This document shows positions 38,289-54,658 of a DNA stretch of 64,000 nucleotides, one piece after another. Made by a program: the position numbers and the translations under genes. Each line of letters begins with the position of its first letter. Positions within the stretch are counted from its first letter, which is position 1. The notes beneath the pieces are model-generated. The model was not told the origin of the DNA and did not search any database. It saw only the letters and a program-made list of their open reading frames with translations. Source of the DNA: Betaproteobacteria bacterium (GTDB lineage Bacteria; Pseudomonadota; Gammaproteobacteria; Burkholderiales; SG8-41); assembly GCA_016868035.1 (NCBI GenBank), contig VGID01000007.1:5302-69301 (forward strand), written 5' to 3'.

Positions 38289-40151
38289 TCAGGCTGCGAC
38301 CTCCGCCGCGCTCGTCACCAGCTGCTGGCATACCTCCACCGCCTCGGGGGCGTTGTCCGCATAGCCGTCGGCGCCCACTTCCTTGGCGAATTCCCGCGTC
38401 ACCGGCGCGCCTCCCACGATCACCGGGATCTTCAGCCCTTCCTGCTTGATCTTCTCGATGATCAGCTTCATGAACGGCATCGTGGTCGTGAGCAGCGCGG
38501 AGAGCCCGATCACGTCGGCATTCACCTGCTTCGCGGTCTCGATGATCTTCTCGGCCTTGGTGTTGACGCCGAGATCCACAACCTTGAACCCGGCCCCCTC
38601 CAGCATCATGCCGACGAGATTCTTGCCGATGTCGTGGAGATCGCCGAATACGGTGGCCATGACCACGGTTCCCTTGGGCTTGGATTTCCTCTGCGTCAGG
38701 ATCGGCTTCAGGACCTCGAGGCCGGCCTTCATCGCCTTCGCCGCCATGAGCATCTCGGGCACGAAGAACTCGCCCGCCGCGAACAAATCGCCGACCCGGC
38801 CCATCGGCGGGATCAACCCCTGGTCGAGTATGTCCTGGACCGGCTCGCCGGCCGCGAGGGCGTCCTTGACGAGCTGGGTGCAGCGGTTGCCGTCGAACTC
38901 CATGACGGAGTCGTAGATGTCCTGGTAAATCTGCTTGCGCCCGGCTCTTTGCTGGTCCTCTTCCAGCGACTTCACCCCCATCCCCATGAAGCCCTTTCCG
39001 CCCGCGGCCTCGGGCGCGATGCTGTCGGGTCCGCTGAACACCTGGCCGGCATAGGGCCGGTCCCCCTCCCGGAAGCGCTTCACCGCTTCGACGGCGATCC
39101 GCACGTGCTCCGCCGGTGTCTGGGCGCTGAAGCTGCAGAAATAGAGGAAGAACTTCTTGCCGTGCGGACCGCGGCTGCCGACCTCCATGTATTCGTGGAT
39201 GCGCTGCGTGATCTGCTCGGGCGTGCCTTTCTGCAGGATCAGGGTGCCCACGCCGAAGCTCAGCGCGCAGCCTTTCTTGTCCGCGTACGCGCGGGCGCGC
39301 TCGGTGCCGACGCGAAAGCAGTCCGGGTCCTGGATCTTGAGGTATTGCGGCGTCACTTCCAGCTTCGTGTCCCAGAACTTCTCGGCCTCCGCGGCGAAGG
39401 AATCGCCCCACCAGTTGTCGCAACGGATTCCCGGCCCGTTCCCGCACAGCTTGCGCAGCTTCATCAGGTACGGCACCGAGAATTCGTAGAGCATGTCCTC
39501 GGTGATGAAGGGCAGCGAGCCGACCGCGTCCTTGCCGTTGGCAATCGTCGCGTCGGGAAGAACCTTGAAATAGGCCTGGATGTAGGGTGCGAGCACCTCC
39601 TCGACGATGAAGTCCATCAGCTTGTGGACGAACTTCGGATTCTCCTGAATCGCGACCACCAGCTTTTCGAACTGCAGGAGCTGGGCCGCCAGGTTGATCG
39701 GCGCGCAATAGTGGATGTGGTGGGTGAATCCGCTCAGTTCCTTGCAGATCTGCAGCGCCTCGAGAACCCATGGCATGCGGCCGGCCTTGAACGGGTCGGG
39801 CGCCTTGAGCCGCGCGAGGTCCTTCTCGTCACGGATGACCGGATGGGTGTTGTCGAGCGCGGGATAGAGTTCGTCGAACCAGGCCATCTGCCCGCCGAGG
39901 GCCTCGGCCTCGACCGAATAGACGTCCCAGACGAGATCGGGGACATCGAGCCCGAATTCCTTCTGCACGCTCAGGTTGCCGCGCACGAACACCTCCGGGT
40001 CGCTGAAGAACTTGCGCCCGTTGATCCCGCGATGCTTCATGCAGAACTCGGCCATCTGCGTGGTGACGGGAATGAAATCCGCGTCGCCGCCGTCCATGAT
40101 GGTCTTGTACTGCCTCACGCCTTCGCTGAAATCGAACTCGTACCCGGACAT
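38289..40151 (-). CDS. Fusion of a UroD/MtaA-fold methyltransferase and a corrinoid-binding protein (CmuA-like architecture)
   Basis: N-terminal VEAEALG, PDP.KAGRMPWVLEA, TP.EH; C-terminal M.RVGDLF.AGEFFVPEM, GDLHDIGKNLV, GLSALLTTT, VGGA; GAGGAG RBS. Confidence 0.88.
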   Translation of the reverse strand: MSGYEFDFSEGVRQYKTIMDGGDADFIPVTTQMAEFCMKHRGINGRKFFSDPEVFVRGNLSVQKEFGLDVPDLVWDVYSVEAEALGGQMAWFDELYPALDNTHPVIRDEKDLARLKAPDPFKAGRMPWVLEALQICKELSGFTHHIHYCAPINLAAQLLQFEKLVVAIQENPKFVHKLMDFIVEEVLAPYIQAYFKVLPDATIANGKDAVGSLPFITEDMLYEFSVPYLMKLRKLCGNGPGIRCDNWWGDSFAAEAEKFWDTKLEVTPQYLKIQDPDCFRVGTERARAYADKKGCALSFGVGTLILQKGTPEQITQRIHEYMEVGSRGPHGKKFFLYFCSFSAQTPAEHVRIAVEAVKRFREGDRPYAGQVFSGPDSIAPEAAGGKGFMGMGVKSLEEDQQRAGRKQIYQDIYDSVMEFDGNRCTQLVKDALAAGEPVQDILDQGLIPPMGRVGDLFAAGEFFVPEMLMAAKAMKAGLEVLKPILTQRKSKPKGTVVMATVFGDLHDIGKNLVGMMLEGAGFKVVDLGVNTKAEKIIETAKQVNADVIGLSALLTTTMPFMKLIIEKIKQEGLKIPVIVGGAPVTREFAKEVGADGYADNAPEAVEVCQQLVTSAAEVAA

Positions 40152-40923
40152 CTCGACTCTCCTCACAGACATATACCCGGCCGTGCAAGCGCGGGCCGCA
40201 CGCGTGGCGGCGCGCCAGCTGGCATCGGAAAGTATGCGGTTACGGGAATGCAGGCTTTCGGCATGCACAGCCCTCTCGTCCCCAAAGGAACCGAACCAAG
40301 GAACGAAAGGGCTGGGACGGAGAACCGTCTTCGGAAAGCCCGTTAAGCGCGCTTTGTATCGGGATCGGGCCGGAAAATCACCTGACTTCCGGCGCGTCCA
40401 AGCCGCTTCGGCAACTGGAATCATAGGTTAGTGGATCGGCCTGGTTCCGTCAAGAGACCGGCGACACGCGGCCTCGAAGCGCGCGCGTGCCGCGACCGAA
40501 TTCACGGACTTCCCCGCATGGGCAGAATCGTCCGCCGCGCCACGCGGATCGACTTCCCAATTCCGTTCCTTGGCGCAATCGCGGACCCGTGAACGCGATC
40601 GCGGTGCGCCATCCTTGCCCCGGCCCGATAATACCCTTGACCGTGTCAGGGGTTGTTGCCTAGAATCCAATCACTCCCCAGGATCGCTGCCGCGTTTGCG
40701 GCATGTCCGGCGGAAGTTACGGGCTCTTCCAACGCGGCGCCGCCGCTCCAGCCCTGTTTCAAATCATTCCGTACGGATCGGGCCGTCCATTGGCTGCGTC
40801 GCGCGTGAGTCACCGCGCGGCACGAGCGTTGTAACGAGGCGAGATCGTGCCGGGCGAAAGAAAAATGCGTGATCGGCCGTGTGAGGGTGCCACGAGCATC
40901 AGGGACGGAAGCGTCGAGAAAGG

Positions 40924-40947
40924 GCGGTTGCAACCGTGCGGTTGCAA
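40924..40947. promoter_or_regulatory. Candidate operator upstream of phnC
   Basis: TTGCAACCG-TG-CGGTTGCAA palindrome; GCGGTTGCAA repeated at a 14-nt period. Confidence 0.4.
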
Positions 40948-40983
40948 GCACACCGAAAACAAGGCGCCGAGGAGGAGCCGTTG

Positions 40984-41808
40984 ATGTTACGCATCGAGGG
41001 GCTGACAAAGAAATTCGGCGAGCTCGTTGCCGTCGACAACCTGTCTTTCGAGGTGCCGACGGGACAGATGCTCGGGATTATCGGCCGCTCGGGCGCCGGC
41101 AAGTCCACGCTGCTCCGCATGATCAACCGGCTGGCCGACCCGACCAGCGGCCGCGTCCTGTGCGACGACGCTTTCGAACGCGAGGTCGACGTCTCCGCCC
41201 TCAAGGGGCGCCAGTTGACCTTCTGGCGACGGAAGTGCGCGATGGTGTTCCAGCAATTCAACCTGGTCGCTCGCCTCGATGTCCTGACGAATGTGCTGAT
41301 GGGACGCCTCAGCTATCAGCCGACCTATCGCTCGCTGCTGAAGATGTTCACGCCGCAGGAGCGCGCGCTCGCGGTCATGACGCTGGACCGGGTGGAAATG
41401 GTCCCTTTCATCCTGCAACGCGCGGACACGCTTTCGGGCGGCCAGCAGCAGCGCGTCGCCATTGCGCGCGCGCTGGTGCAGGAGCCGAGAATCCTGCTCG
41501 CAGACGAGCCGATCGCCTCGCTCGATCCCCGCAGCGCAGCGCGGGTCATGGACATACTGCGCAGCATCAACCGCGAAGACGGCATCACCGTGATCTGCAA
41601 TCTGCACACCATCGATACGGCGCGCACCTATTGCGACCGGCTCCTCGGGATGCGCACGGGCCGGATCGTGTTCGACGGCCTGCCCGCGGCACTGGACCGG
41701 GATCGCATCCAGGAAATCTATGGTCGGGAAGGCGACGAGGAGGTTGACGAGACCGTCACCTCGACGGCCCTGCCTGGCAGCCGGATCGCACGAGCCGGGA
41801 CGCGATAG
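40984..41808 (+). CDS. phnC: Phosphonate ABC transporter ATPase
   Basis: [44 protein letters not shown]. Confidence 0.92.
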   Translation: MLRIEGLTKKFGELVAVDNLSFEVPTGQMLGIIGRSGAGKSTLLRMINRLADPTSGRVLCDDAFEREVDVSALKGRQLTFWRRKCAMVFQQFNLVARLDVLTNVLMGRLSYQPTYRSLLKMFTPQERALAVMTLDRVEMVPFILQRADTLSGGQQQRVAIARALVQEPRILLADEPIASLDPRSAARVMDILRSINREDGITVICNLHTIDTARTYCDRLLGMRTGRIVFDGLPAALDRDRIQEIYGREGDEEVDETVTSTALPGSRIARAGTR

Positions 41809-41932
41809 CGCAAGCCGGGACCGGCCCAATCCGCACGCGCGAGGAGAGACGAACATGAGAACTTGAGAGCGATCGGGAAAGACGGCAGCGCAAGATGTGC
41901 AACGATCACCTGTAGCACAGACGCGAGGAGAA

Positions 41933-42883
41933 ATGACAATGAGACCTGCAAAGACATTGATGTTGGTCCTGGCCTTGGCGATGTTCGTCGGCGGCAGCCT
42001 GTTCGTCAGCGACAGTGCGACTGCCCAGACGGCGTCCGACTGGCGCAAGCAATTCCCGAAATTCCGCTACGGCGTGCAGGCTGTCGAGACACAGGTGGCG
42101 GCCATGACGCGCTACAAGGGATTCGGGGAATACATAAAGAGGAAGTTCGGCCTCGAGCTCGAGCTCTTCCTCTCCGCGGAATACGCGGGCGTCATCCAGG
42201 CGATCGGCGCCAAGCAGCTCGAGGTGATGGACATGGGAGCCGCAGGCTACGCTGCAGCCTGGATCGAAACCAAGGGCGCGGTCGAGCCTCTGGTCGTTCC
42301 CACGAATCCCGATGGCACGATCGGGTACTACGCGGTTGCATTCGTGCGCTCCGACAGCCCGTTCAAGAGCCTCGACGATCTGAAAGGCAAGGTCTGGGCC
42401 TGGGTGGAGCCGAACTCTTCGTCCGGCTACGTCTTTCCTCTGGTGGGCTTCCGCAGGATGGGGCTCGAGCCCGAAAAGCATTTCGGCAAGGTCGTCTTTT
42501 CCGGGGGACACGAGCAAAGCATCATCGGCGTGCTCGACAAGGCCTACGATGGCGCCATCACCTGGACCAACGATGTCGAGAAGCACACGCGGGGCGGTCT
42601 GCACATGATGTTGAGCCGCGGCGTGCTCAAGAAGGAGGACATCCGGATCATCTGGGTCTCCGATCTCATCCCCAACCCGGTAATCGCGATCCGCTCCGAT
42701 CTGCCGAAGGAGATGAAAGACGAACTGCGGAACATGTTCCTCAACCTGCACAAGGACGACCCGAAGGTGTTCCGCGAGGTCGTGCGGGGCGAGTCGCAGG
42801 GCTACCGCGTGGTCGAGCATAAGGTCTATCAGATCGCGGTCGACCTGCGCCAGCAGCTCGCCAAGGAACGCCGCAAGAAGTAA
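41933..42883 (+). CDS. phnD: Phosphonate ABC transporter substrate-binding protein
   Basis: Signal peptide, YAGVIQA, GYYA, NSSSGY..P, SGGHE, IPN. Confidence 0.88.
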   Translation: MTMRPAKTLMLVLALAMFVGGSLFVSDSATAQTASDWRKQFPKFRYGVQAVETQVAAMTRYKGFGEYIKRKFGLELELFLSAEYAGVIQAIGAKQLEVMDMGAAGYAAAWIETKGAVEPLVVPTNPDGTIGYYAVAFVRSDSPFKSLDDLKGKVWAWVEPNSSSGYVFPLVGFRRMGLEPEKHFGKVVFSGGHEQSIIGVLDKAYDGAITWTNDVEKHTRGGLHMMLSRGVLKKEDIRIIWVSDLIPNPVIAIRSDLPKEMKDELRNMFLNLHKDDPKVFREVVRGESQGYRVVEHKVYQIAVDLRQQLAKERRKK

Positions 42884-42908
42884 CGGGGCGAGCGGCGAGC
42901 AACCATCG

Positions 42909-42952
42909 CGGCAGGGCGCGCAGCGTCGACGGGTGACGCTCGCGCCCTGCCG
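42909..42952 (+). other. Stem-loop after phnD (mRNA stabiliser or attenuator)
   Basis: CGGCAGGGCGCG.AGCGTC ... GACGCT CGCGCCCTGCCG. Confidence 0.55.
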
Positions 42953-42965
42953 GGAGTAACGGTTT

Positions 42966-43841
42966 ATGCAGGCTGAGGCATCCAGCGCCCAGGTCAAGCG
43001 GTTCGAGGAGGAGTTCGCGCGCCTGCGCAAACAGCAGCGTCTCCAGCTGATCGGCTTTGCGATCGTCTTCCTCGTCGTATTCAAGTTCGCGGCCGATATC
43101 AGCAACTTCACGCCGCAACGGCTTGCCGCCGGCCTGCCGCGGATTGGCGAATACCTGAGCTTCACGCTGCCAGAGATCCGGCTCACGAGCCTGTTCGGCG
43201 ATGTCGCTTACTGGTATTACGGGTTTTTCCGCTGGCTGGGGCTCCTGTTCGACACCATTTTGATCGCGCTGATGGCGACCATCTTCGGCGCGATCGGCGG
43301 GTTCATTCTTTGTTTCGCGGCATCGCGCAACCTGGCTCCGCATTTCTGGGTGTATTTCGTTTTCCGGCGCCTTGCGGAAATCGCGCGCACCGTGCCGGAA
43401 ATCGTCTATGCCCTGATCTTCGTCGTCTCTTTCGGCATCGGCCCGTTCGCCGGCTTTCTTGCGCTCAGCGTGCACGCGACCGGCGCGCTCGGAAAACTGT
43501 TCGCCGAAGCGAACGAGAACCTCGATGAGCGCCAGCTCGAAGGGGTGCGGGCCACGGGGGGTAACTGGTTCGAGGTCATCCGGTTCGCGGTGCTGCCCCA
43601 GGTCCTGCCCAATTTCATTACCTACACGCTGTGGCGCCTGGAACTCAGCATCCGCTCCGCGGCCATCGTCGGATTCGTGGGCGCGGGCGGGATCGGACAG
43701 GAGCTCTATCACGCCATCAGCTTCAATTACTACGAGGACGTGAGCGCGATCGTGCTGATGATCATCCTCACCATCACCATGATCGATCTCATCTGCGAAA
43801 AGATACGGCATCGCATCATCGGCAAGGAGAGCCTCCATTGA
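42966..43841 (+). CDS. phnE: Phosphonate ABC transporter permease
   Basis: RTVPEIVYALIF..FGIGP.AG, LGKLFAE, R.AAIVGFVGAGGIG. Confidence 0.9.
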   Translation: MQAEASSAQVKRFEEEFARLRKQQRLQLIGFAIVFLVVFKFAADISNFTPQRLAAGLPRIGEYLSFTLPEIRLTSLFGDVAYWYYGFFRWLGLLFDTILIALMATIFGAIGGFILCFAASRNLAPHFWVYFVFRRLAEIARTVPEIVYALIFVVSFGIGPFAGFLALSVHATGALGKLFAEANENLDERQLEGVRATGGNWFEVIRFAVLPQVLPNFITYTLWRLELSIRSAAIVGFVGAGGIGQELYHAISFNYYEDVSAIVLMIILTITMIDLICEKIRHRIIGKESLH

Positions 43842-44758
43842 GCCTGAGCGCGGCTGCTATTGATACCGGGCAACTCTCGGTGCTGCGCGAGCGCCACCCG
43901 CGCGCTTTTTCGCTAACGCCGCGCGAGCGCGCGATCCGGCTCGCGCTGTTGCTCGGACTGCTCGCGTTCGTGCTGTTCTGTCTGTATCGCTTCGACGTCA
44001 CGCCGGCCCGGATCATGAACGGCATGGACCGGTTCGGCAAGATCGCGGGAGCTCTGTTTCCACCGACGGCGAGGGATGTCTTCTGGGACTTGTTCAAGGC
44101 GATGATGGAAAGCGTCGCCATGGCCTTTCTCGGCACGCTGATCGCCGCCATCATCGCCGTGCCGCTCGGGTTTCTCGGCGCGCAAAATGTCCTGCCGATC
44201 CGGCTCCTGCGCTTTCCGATCCGCCGCTCGTTCGACTTCCTGCGCGGGACGGACGCCCTCGTCTGGGCGCTCGTCTACGTGCGCGCCGTCGGGCTGGGTC
44301 CGCTCGCCGGAGTGCTCGCGATCGCGACCACGGACATCGGCATCTTCGCGAAGCTCTTCGCGGAAGCGATCGAGAATGTCGAGCGCAAGCAAGTCGAAGG
44401 CGTCCGCGCAGCCGGCGGCAGCGCGGTGAAGACGATGCGTTTCGGGATCCTCCCCCAGGTGCTTCCGATCATGCTGTCAAACGTGCTCTACATGTTCGAA
44501 TCCAACACCCGCTCCGCGACGATACTCGGGATCGTCGGGGCGGGCGGCATCGGCTTCGCATTGTCGGACCGCATCCGTGCCCACCTTTGGGACGAGGTCG
44601 GATTCATCATCATCATGATCATCGTCGTCGTCGCGCTGATCGATTTTCTCTCGCACATGCTGCGCACCAAGGTGATCAAGGCCGGCACCAACCGCCCCCT
44701 GGTGCTGACCGAGGATGCGCCTACCTTCTCGGACGCCGATCGCGGAAAATCAAGGTAG
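43838..44758 (+). CDS. phnE: Phosphonate ABC transporter permease (second copy)
   Basis: VGLGPLAG, KLFAEAIEN, FESNTRSATILGIVGAGGIG; TTG start overlapping the previous stop. Confidence 0.9.
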   Translation: MSLSAAAIDTGQLSVLRERHPRAFSLTPRERAIRLALLLGLLAFVLFCLYRFDVTPARIMNGMDRFGKIAGALFPPTARDVFWDLFKAMMESVAMAFLGTLIAAIIAVPLGFLGAQNVLPIRLLRFPIRRSFDFLRGTDALVWALVYVRAVGLGPLAGVLAIATTDIGIFAKLFAEAIENVERKQVEGVRAAGGSAVKTMRFGILPQVLPIMLSNVLYMFESNTRSATILGIVGAGGIGFALSDRIRAHLWDEVGFIIIMIIVVVALIDFLSHMLRTKVIKAGTNRPLVLTEDAPTFSDADRGKSR

Positions 44759-44792
44759 ACTAAAGGAATCCTGCGCGGGGAAGGAAACGAAC

Positions 44793-45455
44793 GTGGCCGT
44801 ACCCAGGGAATTCGCGCTGTTCCGCCGCACGAAGGCGCTCGAGAACGAGATCGACGAGTTTCTCGACAAGCTCTCGGAAGGCGCGCTCTCGTTCCGGATC
44901 GCCGTGCAGACCTATCTCGCGCACGGCCGGACCCCGGCGTTCGAGGAAAAGCTCGCCCAGGTCAACGCGCTGGAGAGCAGCGCCGACCACCTGCGGCGCT
45001 CGATCGAGATCAAGCTCTATTCGCAGACGCTCATCCCCGAATCACGCGGGGACGTGCTCGGGCTTCTCGAGACGCTGGACTCGGTCATGAATCTGATGGA
45101 AGGCGCCCTGTGGGCGTTCTCGATCGAAACTCCGGAGATTCCCGAGCCGTTCCGGGCCGACTACAACAACTTGACCGACATGACGGTCCATTGCGTGGAT
45201 GCGCTGACGCAGAGCGCGCGCGCCTTCTTCCGCAATATCGAGGCCGTTGCCGATCACAACCACAAGGTCATGTTCTTCGAGAAGGAAGCCGACAAGATCA
45301 GCACCAAGTTGAAGCGCGCGGTCTTCGAATCGAGCCTCGCCTTGCCGGCCAAGATGCAGCTGCGCTATTTCGTCGAGAAGATCGACGACATTGCCGACCG
45401 CGCCGAGGACGTGGCGGACCGGCTGGCGATCTACACCATCAAGCGCACGGTATGA
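44793..45455 (+). CDS. DUF47 (PhoU-like) phosphate transport regulator
   Basis: LES.AD.LRR, IPESRGD, EKEAD, IADRAEDVADRL; precedes PiT. Confidence 0.88.
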   Translation: MAVPREFALFRRTKALENEIDEFLDKLSEGALSFRIAVQTYLAHGRTPAFEEKLAQVNALESSADHLRRSIEIKLYSQTLIPESRGDVLGLLETLDSVMNLMEGALWAFSIETPEIPEPFRADYNNLTDMTVHCVDALTQSARAFFRNIEAVADHNHKVMFFEKEADKISTKLKRAVFESSLALPAKMQLRYFVEKIDDIADRAEDVADRLAIYTIKRTV

Positions 45456-45470
45456 CCGGGCACCGCGCCC

Positions 45471-46562
45471 ATGGACATATCGGCCTTCATCTTCCTCAGC
45501 AGCGGACTGTTTTTCGGCTGGGCCCTCGGCGCCAATAATCTCGCCAACGTATTCGGCACGGCCGTCGGCACGCGCATGATCCGTTTCACCACGGCCGCGG
45601 CGATCGGCGCCGTATTCGTGGTGCTCGGCGCAGTCATCAGCGGCAGCGGCACTTCCGAGACGGTGGGAAAACTGGGTTCGATCGACGCCCCCGCCGGCGC
45701 CTTCATGGCCGCGCTGGCGGCGGCCGTCGCGGTGTTCATGATGACGCGCGCCGGCTTGCCGGTCTCGACCACCGCGGCGATCGTCGGGGCGGTCGTCGGC
45801 TGGAACCTGTTCAGCGAAACCTGGCCTGATCTCGATTCACTGAGGAGCATCCTGATCGGACTCGTCGTGGGCCCGGTGCTGGCCGCGGGATTCGCGATGG
45901 TTCTCTTCGTCGCCACCCGGGCGGCTCTGGCGGCGGCGAAGGTTCATATGGTGCGCCTCGACATGTACACCCGCCTGGGACTGATCGTGGCCGGCGCCTT
46001 GGGGGCCTACAGCCTGGGAGCGAGCAATGTCGCCAATGTCGTCGGCGTATTCATCGAGACCTCGCCCTTCACGCCGTTCACCATCGATGGCTTTCTGACC
46101 ATCACGCCGGCGCAGCAGCTGGCCGTGCTGGGCGGGCTGTCCATCGCAATCGGCGCCTGCACCTATTCCGGCAAGGTCATGCACACCGTGGGCGCGGGGC
46201 TGTTCACCCTTTCCCCGGTCGCTGCCTGGGTGGTGGTGATGGCGCACTCGATCGTGCTCATCCTGTTCGCATCGAGGAACCTCGAAGCGGTGCTCGCGGG
46301 CCTGGGCCTGCCGACGATCCCGCTGGTGCCGATCTCGAGTACGGAGGCCATCATCGGCGCCGTGATCGGTGTCGCGCTGGTCAAGGAAGCCCACAACATC
46401 CGTTGGTACGTGCTGGCGCGGATCACCGTGGGCTGGGTCATGACCCCGGTGATTGCCGCGGTCATCTGCTTCGTGGGCCTGTTCTTCCTGCAGAACGTGT
46501 TCAACCAGGAAGTCTACCTTCCGGCCGTCGGCGACGCGGTCGAGACGCACCAGCCCGGCTGA
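45471..46562 (+). CDS. Inorganic phosphate transporter, PiT/PHO4 family
   Basis: GANNLAN.FGT, GLPVSTT, GASNVANV, PISST. Confidence 0.9.
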   Translation: MDISAFIFLSSGLFFGWALGANNLANVFGTAVGTRMIRFTTAAAIGAVFVVLGAVISGSGTSETVGKLGSIDAPAGAFMAALAAAVAVFMMTRAGLPVSTTAAIVGAVVGWNLFSETWPDLDSLRSILIGLVVGPVLAAGFAMVLFVATRAALAAAKVHMVRLDMYTRLGLIVAGALGAYSLGASNVANVVGVFIETSPFTPFTIDGFLTITPAQQLAVLGGLSIAIGACTYSGKVMHTVGAGLFTLSPVAAWVVVMAHSIVLILFASRNLEAVLAGLGLPTIPLVPISSTEAIIGAVIGVALVKEAHNIRWYVLARITVGWVMTPVIAAVICFVGLFFLQNVFNQEVYLPAVGDAVETHQPG

Positions 46563-46652
46563 CCTCCGCGCGGCGCAGCACTTGCGACCGCTACCGTCAG
46601 AGGCTGTTCAGTCCGGTCCGGTCCGGTACCACGCGCTCGGCAACGGCGAATG

Positions 46653-46955
46653 TCAAGGCTTGCCCCGCTCCCGCAGCGGCGCCTCATCCACGATCTGGAA
46701 GAAGACTTCGTCGTGCTTGACCATGCCAAGTTCGCTCCGGGCCCGCTCCTCGATCGCATCGAGCCCGGTCTTGAGATCGCGCACCTCGGCATCGAGCGCG
46801 TTGTTGCGCGCCCGCAGCTGGCGATTGATTTCGCGCTGCCCCTGGATCTGCTGCTCCACCTCCCACACCCGCAGCCAACCGCCCTTTCCAAACCAGAGGG
46901 GATACTGGATCAGCAGGACCAGCGCCGCGAGCACGAGGCCAAGCAGCCGCATCAT
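46653..46955 (-). CDS. ftsB: Cell division protein FtsB
   Basis: [20 protein letters not shown]; follows eno. Confidence 0.95.
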   Translation of the reverse strand: MMRLLGLVLAALVLLIQYPLWFGKGGWLRVWEVEQQIQGQREINRQLRARNNALDAEVRDLKTGLDAIEERARSELGMVKHDEVFFQIVDEAPLRERGKP

Positions 46956-46971
46956 GAATGCGGGCGGCCGA

Positions 46972-47079
46972 CAGACGAGGCGAGAGAGAGGCTACCCAAC
47001 CTGACACGAGAACCGCAATTCGGTGCCACGCCTCTCTCCTCTCCGCTGTCTCCTCTCCCTTCTCTTTCGTCGCCTTTCC
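46972..47079. repeat. Degenerate heptamer purine/pyrimidine-arm element between eno and ftsB
   Basis: AGACGAGGCGAGAGAGAGG ... CCTCTCT-CCTCTCC-GCTGTCT-CCTCTCC-CTTCTCT-TTCGTCG-CCTTTCC. Confidence 0.6.
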
Positions 47080-47082
47080 GCG

Positions 47083-49246
<2,164 letters not shown>

Positions 49247-49508
49247 CGGCCCCGTCCCCGCCTAGCCGCGGGCCTCGCGCTGCTGCCCGCCCCCGGCGCT
49301 GCGCGCCCGCCGAGTCCGCAGCGCCCCGCTATCAGGAACAGGGGCTGATCCAGTCCCGCCTGGAACCCGCAGAGCTTCATCGGCCCCGTCCCCGCCTAGC
49401 CGCGGGTCTCGCGCTGCGGCCCGCCCCCGGCGCTGCGCGCCCGCCGCGCTCCGGCGGCGACGGAGTCCAGGAGGTTCGTCGCGGGCGCAGGGGCATGATT
49501 CGAGGTCC

Positions 49509-53754
<4,246 letters not shown>

Positions 53755-53829
53755 GATGGACGCTTATGATTTGTGCCGGTCGCCAAAACACGTTATTTTA
53801 CCGGCAAACTTCATTGCTGGCAGTTCTCG

Positions 53830-54651
53830 ATGCGCAAGCGCACCGCGTTCTTTGTTTCCGACCGCACGGGCATCACGGCGGAAATGCTGGGGCACAGCCT
53901 GCTCACGCAATTCGACGACGTGCAGTTCAACGAAGTGACGCTGCCCTTCGTGGATTCCATCGAGAAAGCGCACGAGACGGTCTCGAGGATCAACCAGCAG
54001 GGAGCCGCCGACGGCGTGAGACCGATCGTGATCAGCACGCTTGCGAGGACCGAGATCGCGCAAGTCATCGGGCAGGCGAACGCGCTGTACCTCGACTGCT
54101 TCGAGATCTTCATCTCGCCGCTGGAGCGCGAGCTCGGGTTGCACGCGTCGCACGCCATCGGGCGCTCCCACCGCGTATCCGACTTCGTCGACTATCATCA
54201 CCGGATGGAATCGGTGAACTACACCCTCTCGCACGATGACGGGTCTTCGACGCGCGATCTGTCCGACGCCGACGTCATACTGGTCGGGGTCTCGCGCTGC
54301 GGAAAGACGCCCACCTGCCTGTACCTTGCCATGCAGTACGGCATCCGCGCCGCCAACTATCCATTGATACCGGAAGATTTCAGCAGCATGGGACTCCCGA
54401 GCCACTTGCGGCCGCTGCGAACGAGGCTCTACGGGCTCACCATCCTTCCGCACCGCCTGCAGCAGATCCGCAACGAGCGCCGGCCGGGAAGCAAATATGC
54501 GACTCTGGAGAACTGCGAGCTCGAGGTGCGCGAAGCGGAAGCGCTGATGCGCAGGGAAGGTATCCCCTATCTTGACGCGACCAGCAAATCAATCGAGGAG
54601 CTCGCCACCACCATCCTGCAAGAGGCGAAGCTGCTGCGACGGATCTACTGA
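53830..54651 (+). CDS. ppsR: PEP synthase regulatory kinase/pyrophosphorylase
   Basis: [23 protein letters not shown]; divergent from ppsA. Confidence 0.93.
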   Translation: MRKRTAFFVSDRTGITAEMLGHSLLTQFDDVQFNEVTLPFVDSIEKAHETVSRINQQGAADGVRPIVISTLARTEIAQVIGQANALYLDCFEIFISPLERELGLHASHAIGRSHRVSDFVDYHHRMESVNYTLSHDDGSSTRDLSDADVILVGVSRCGKTPTCLYLAMQYGIRAANYPLIPEDFSSMGLPSHLRPLRTRLYGLTILPHRLQQIRNERRPGSKYATLENCELEVREAEALMRREGIPYLDATSKSIEELATTILQEAKLLRRIY

Positions 54652-54658
54652 GCCATTT

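Noticed and set aside
37668-40346. 892-aa plus-strand ORF and many other long antisense ORFs (e.g. 25974-28373, 51481-53346, 15856-17631)
   Set aside because: Shadow frames of well-supported opposite-strand genes, expected at high GC; no recognisable motifs.
40152-40983. Cobalamin riboswitch or sigma54 promoter upstream of the corrinoid cluster
   Set aside because: No B12-box found by eye; the candidate -24/-12 sites have wrong spacing (GG-N9-GC) or GT in place of GC.
40984-44758. Phosphite (ptxABC) transporter call
   Set aside because: Two permeases and no ptxD dehydrogenase; PhnCDEE fits better.
46611-46627. GTCCG x3 microrepeat after the PiT gene
   Set aside because: Too short to be significant at this GC content.
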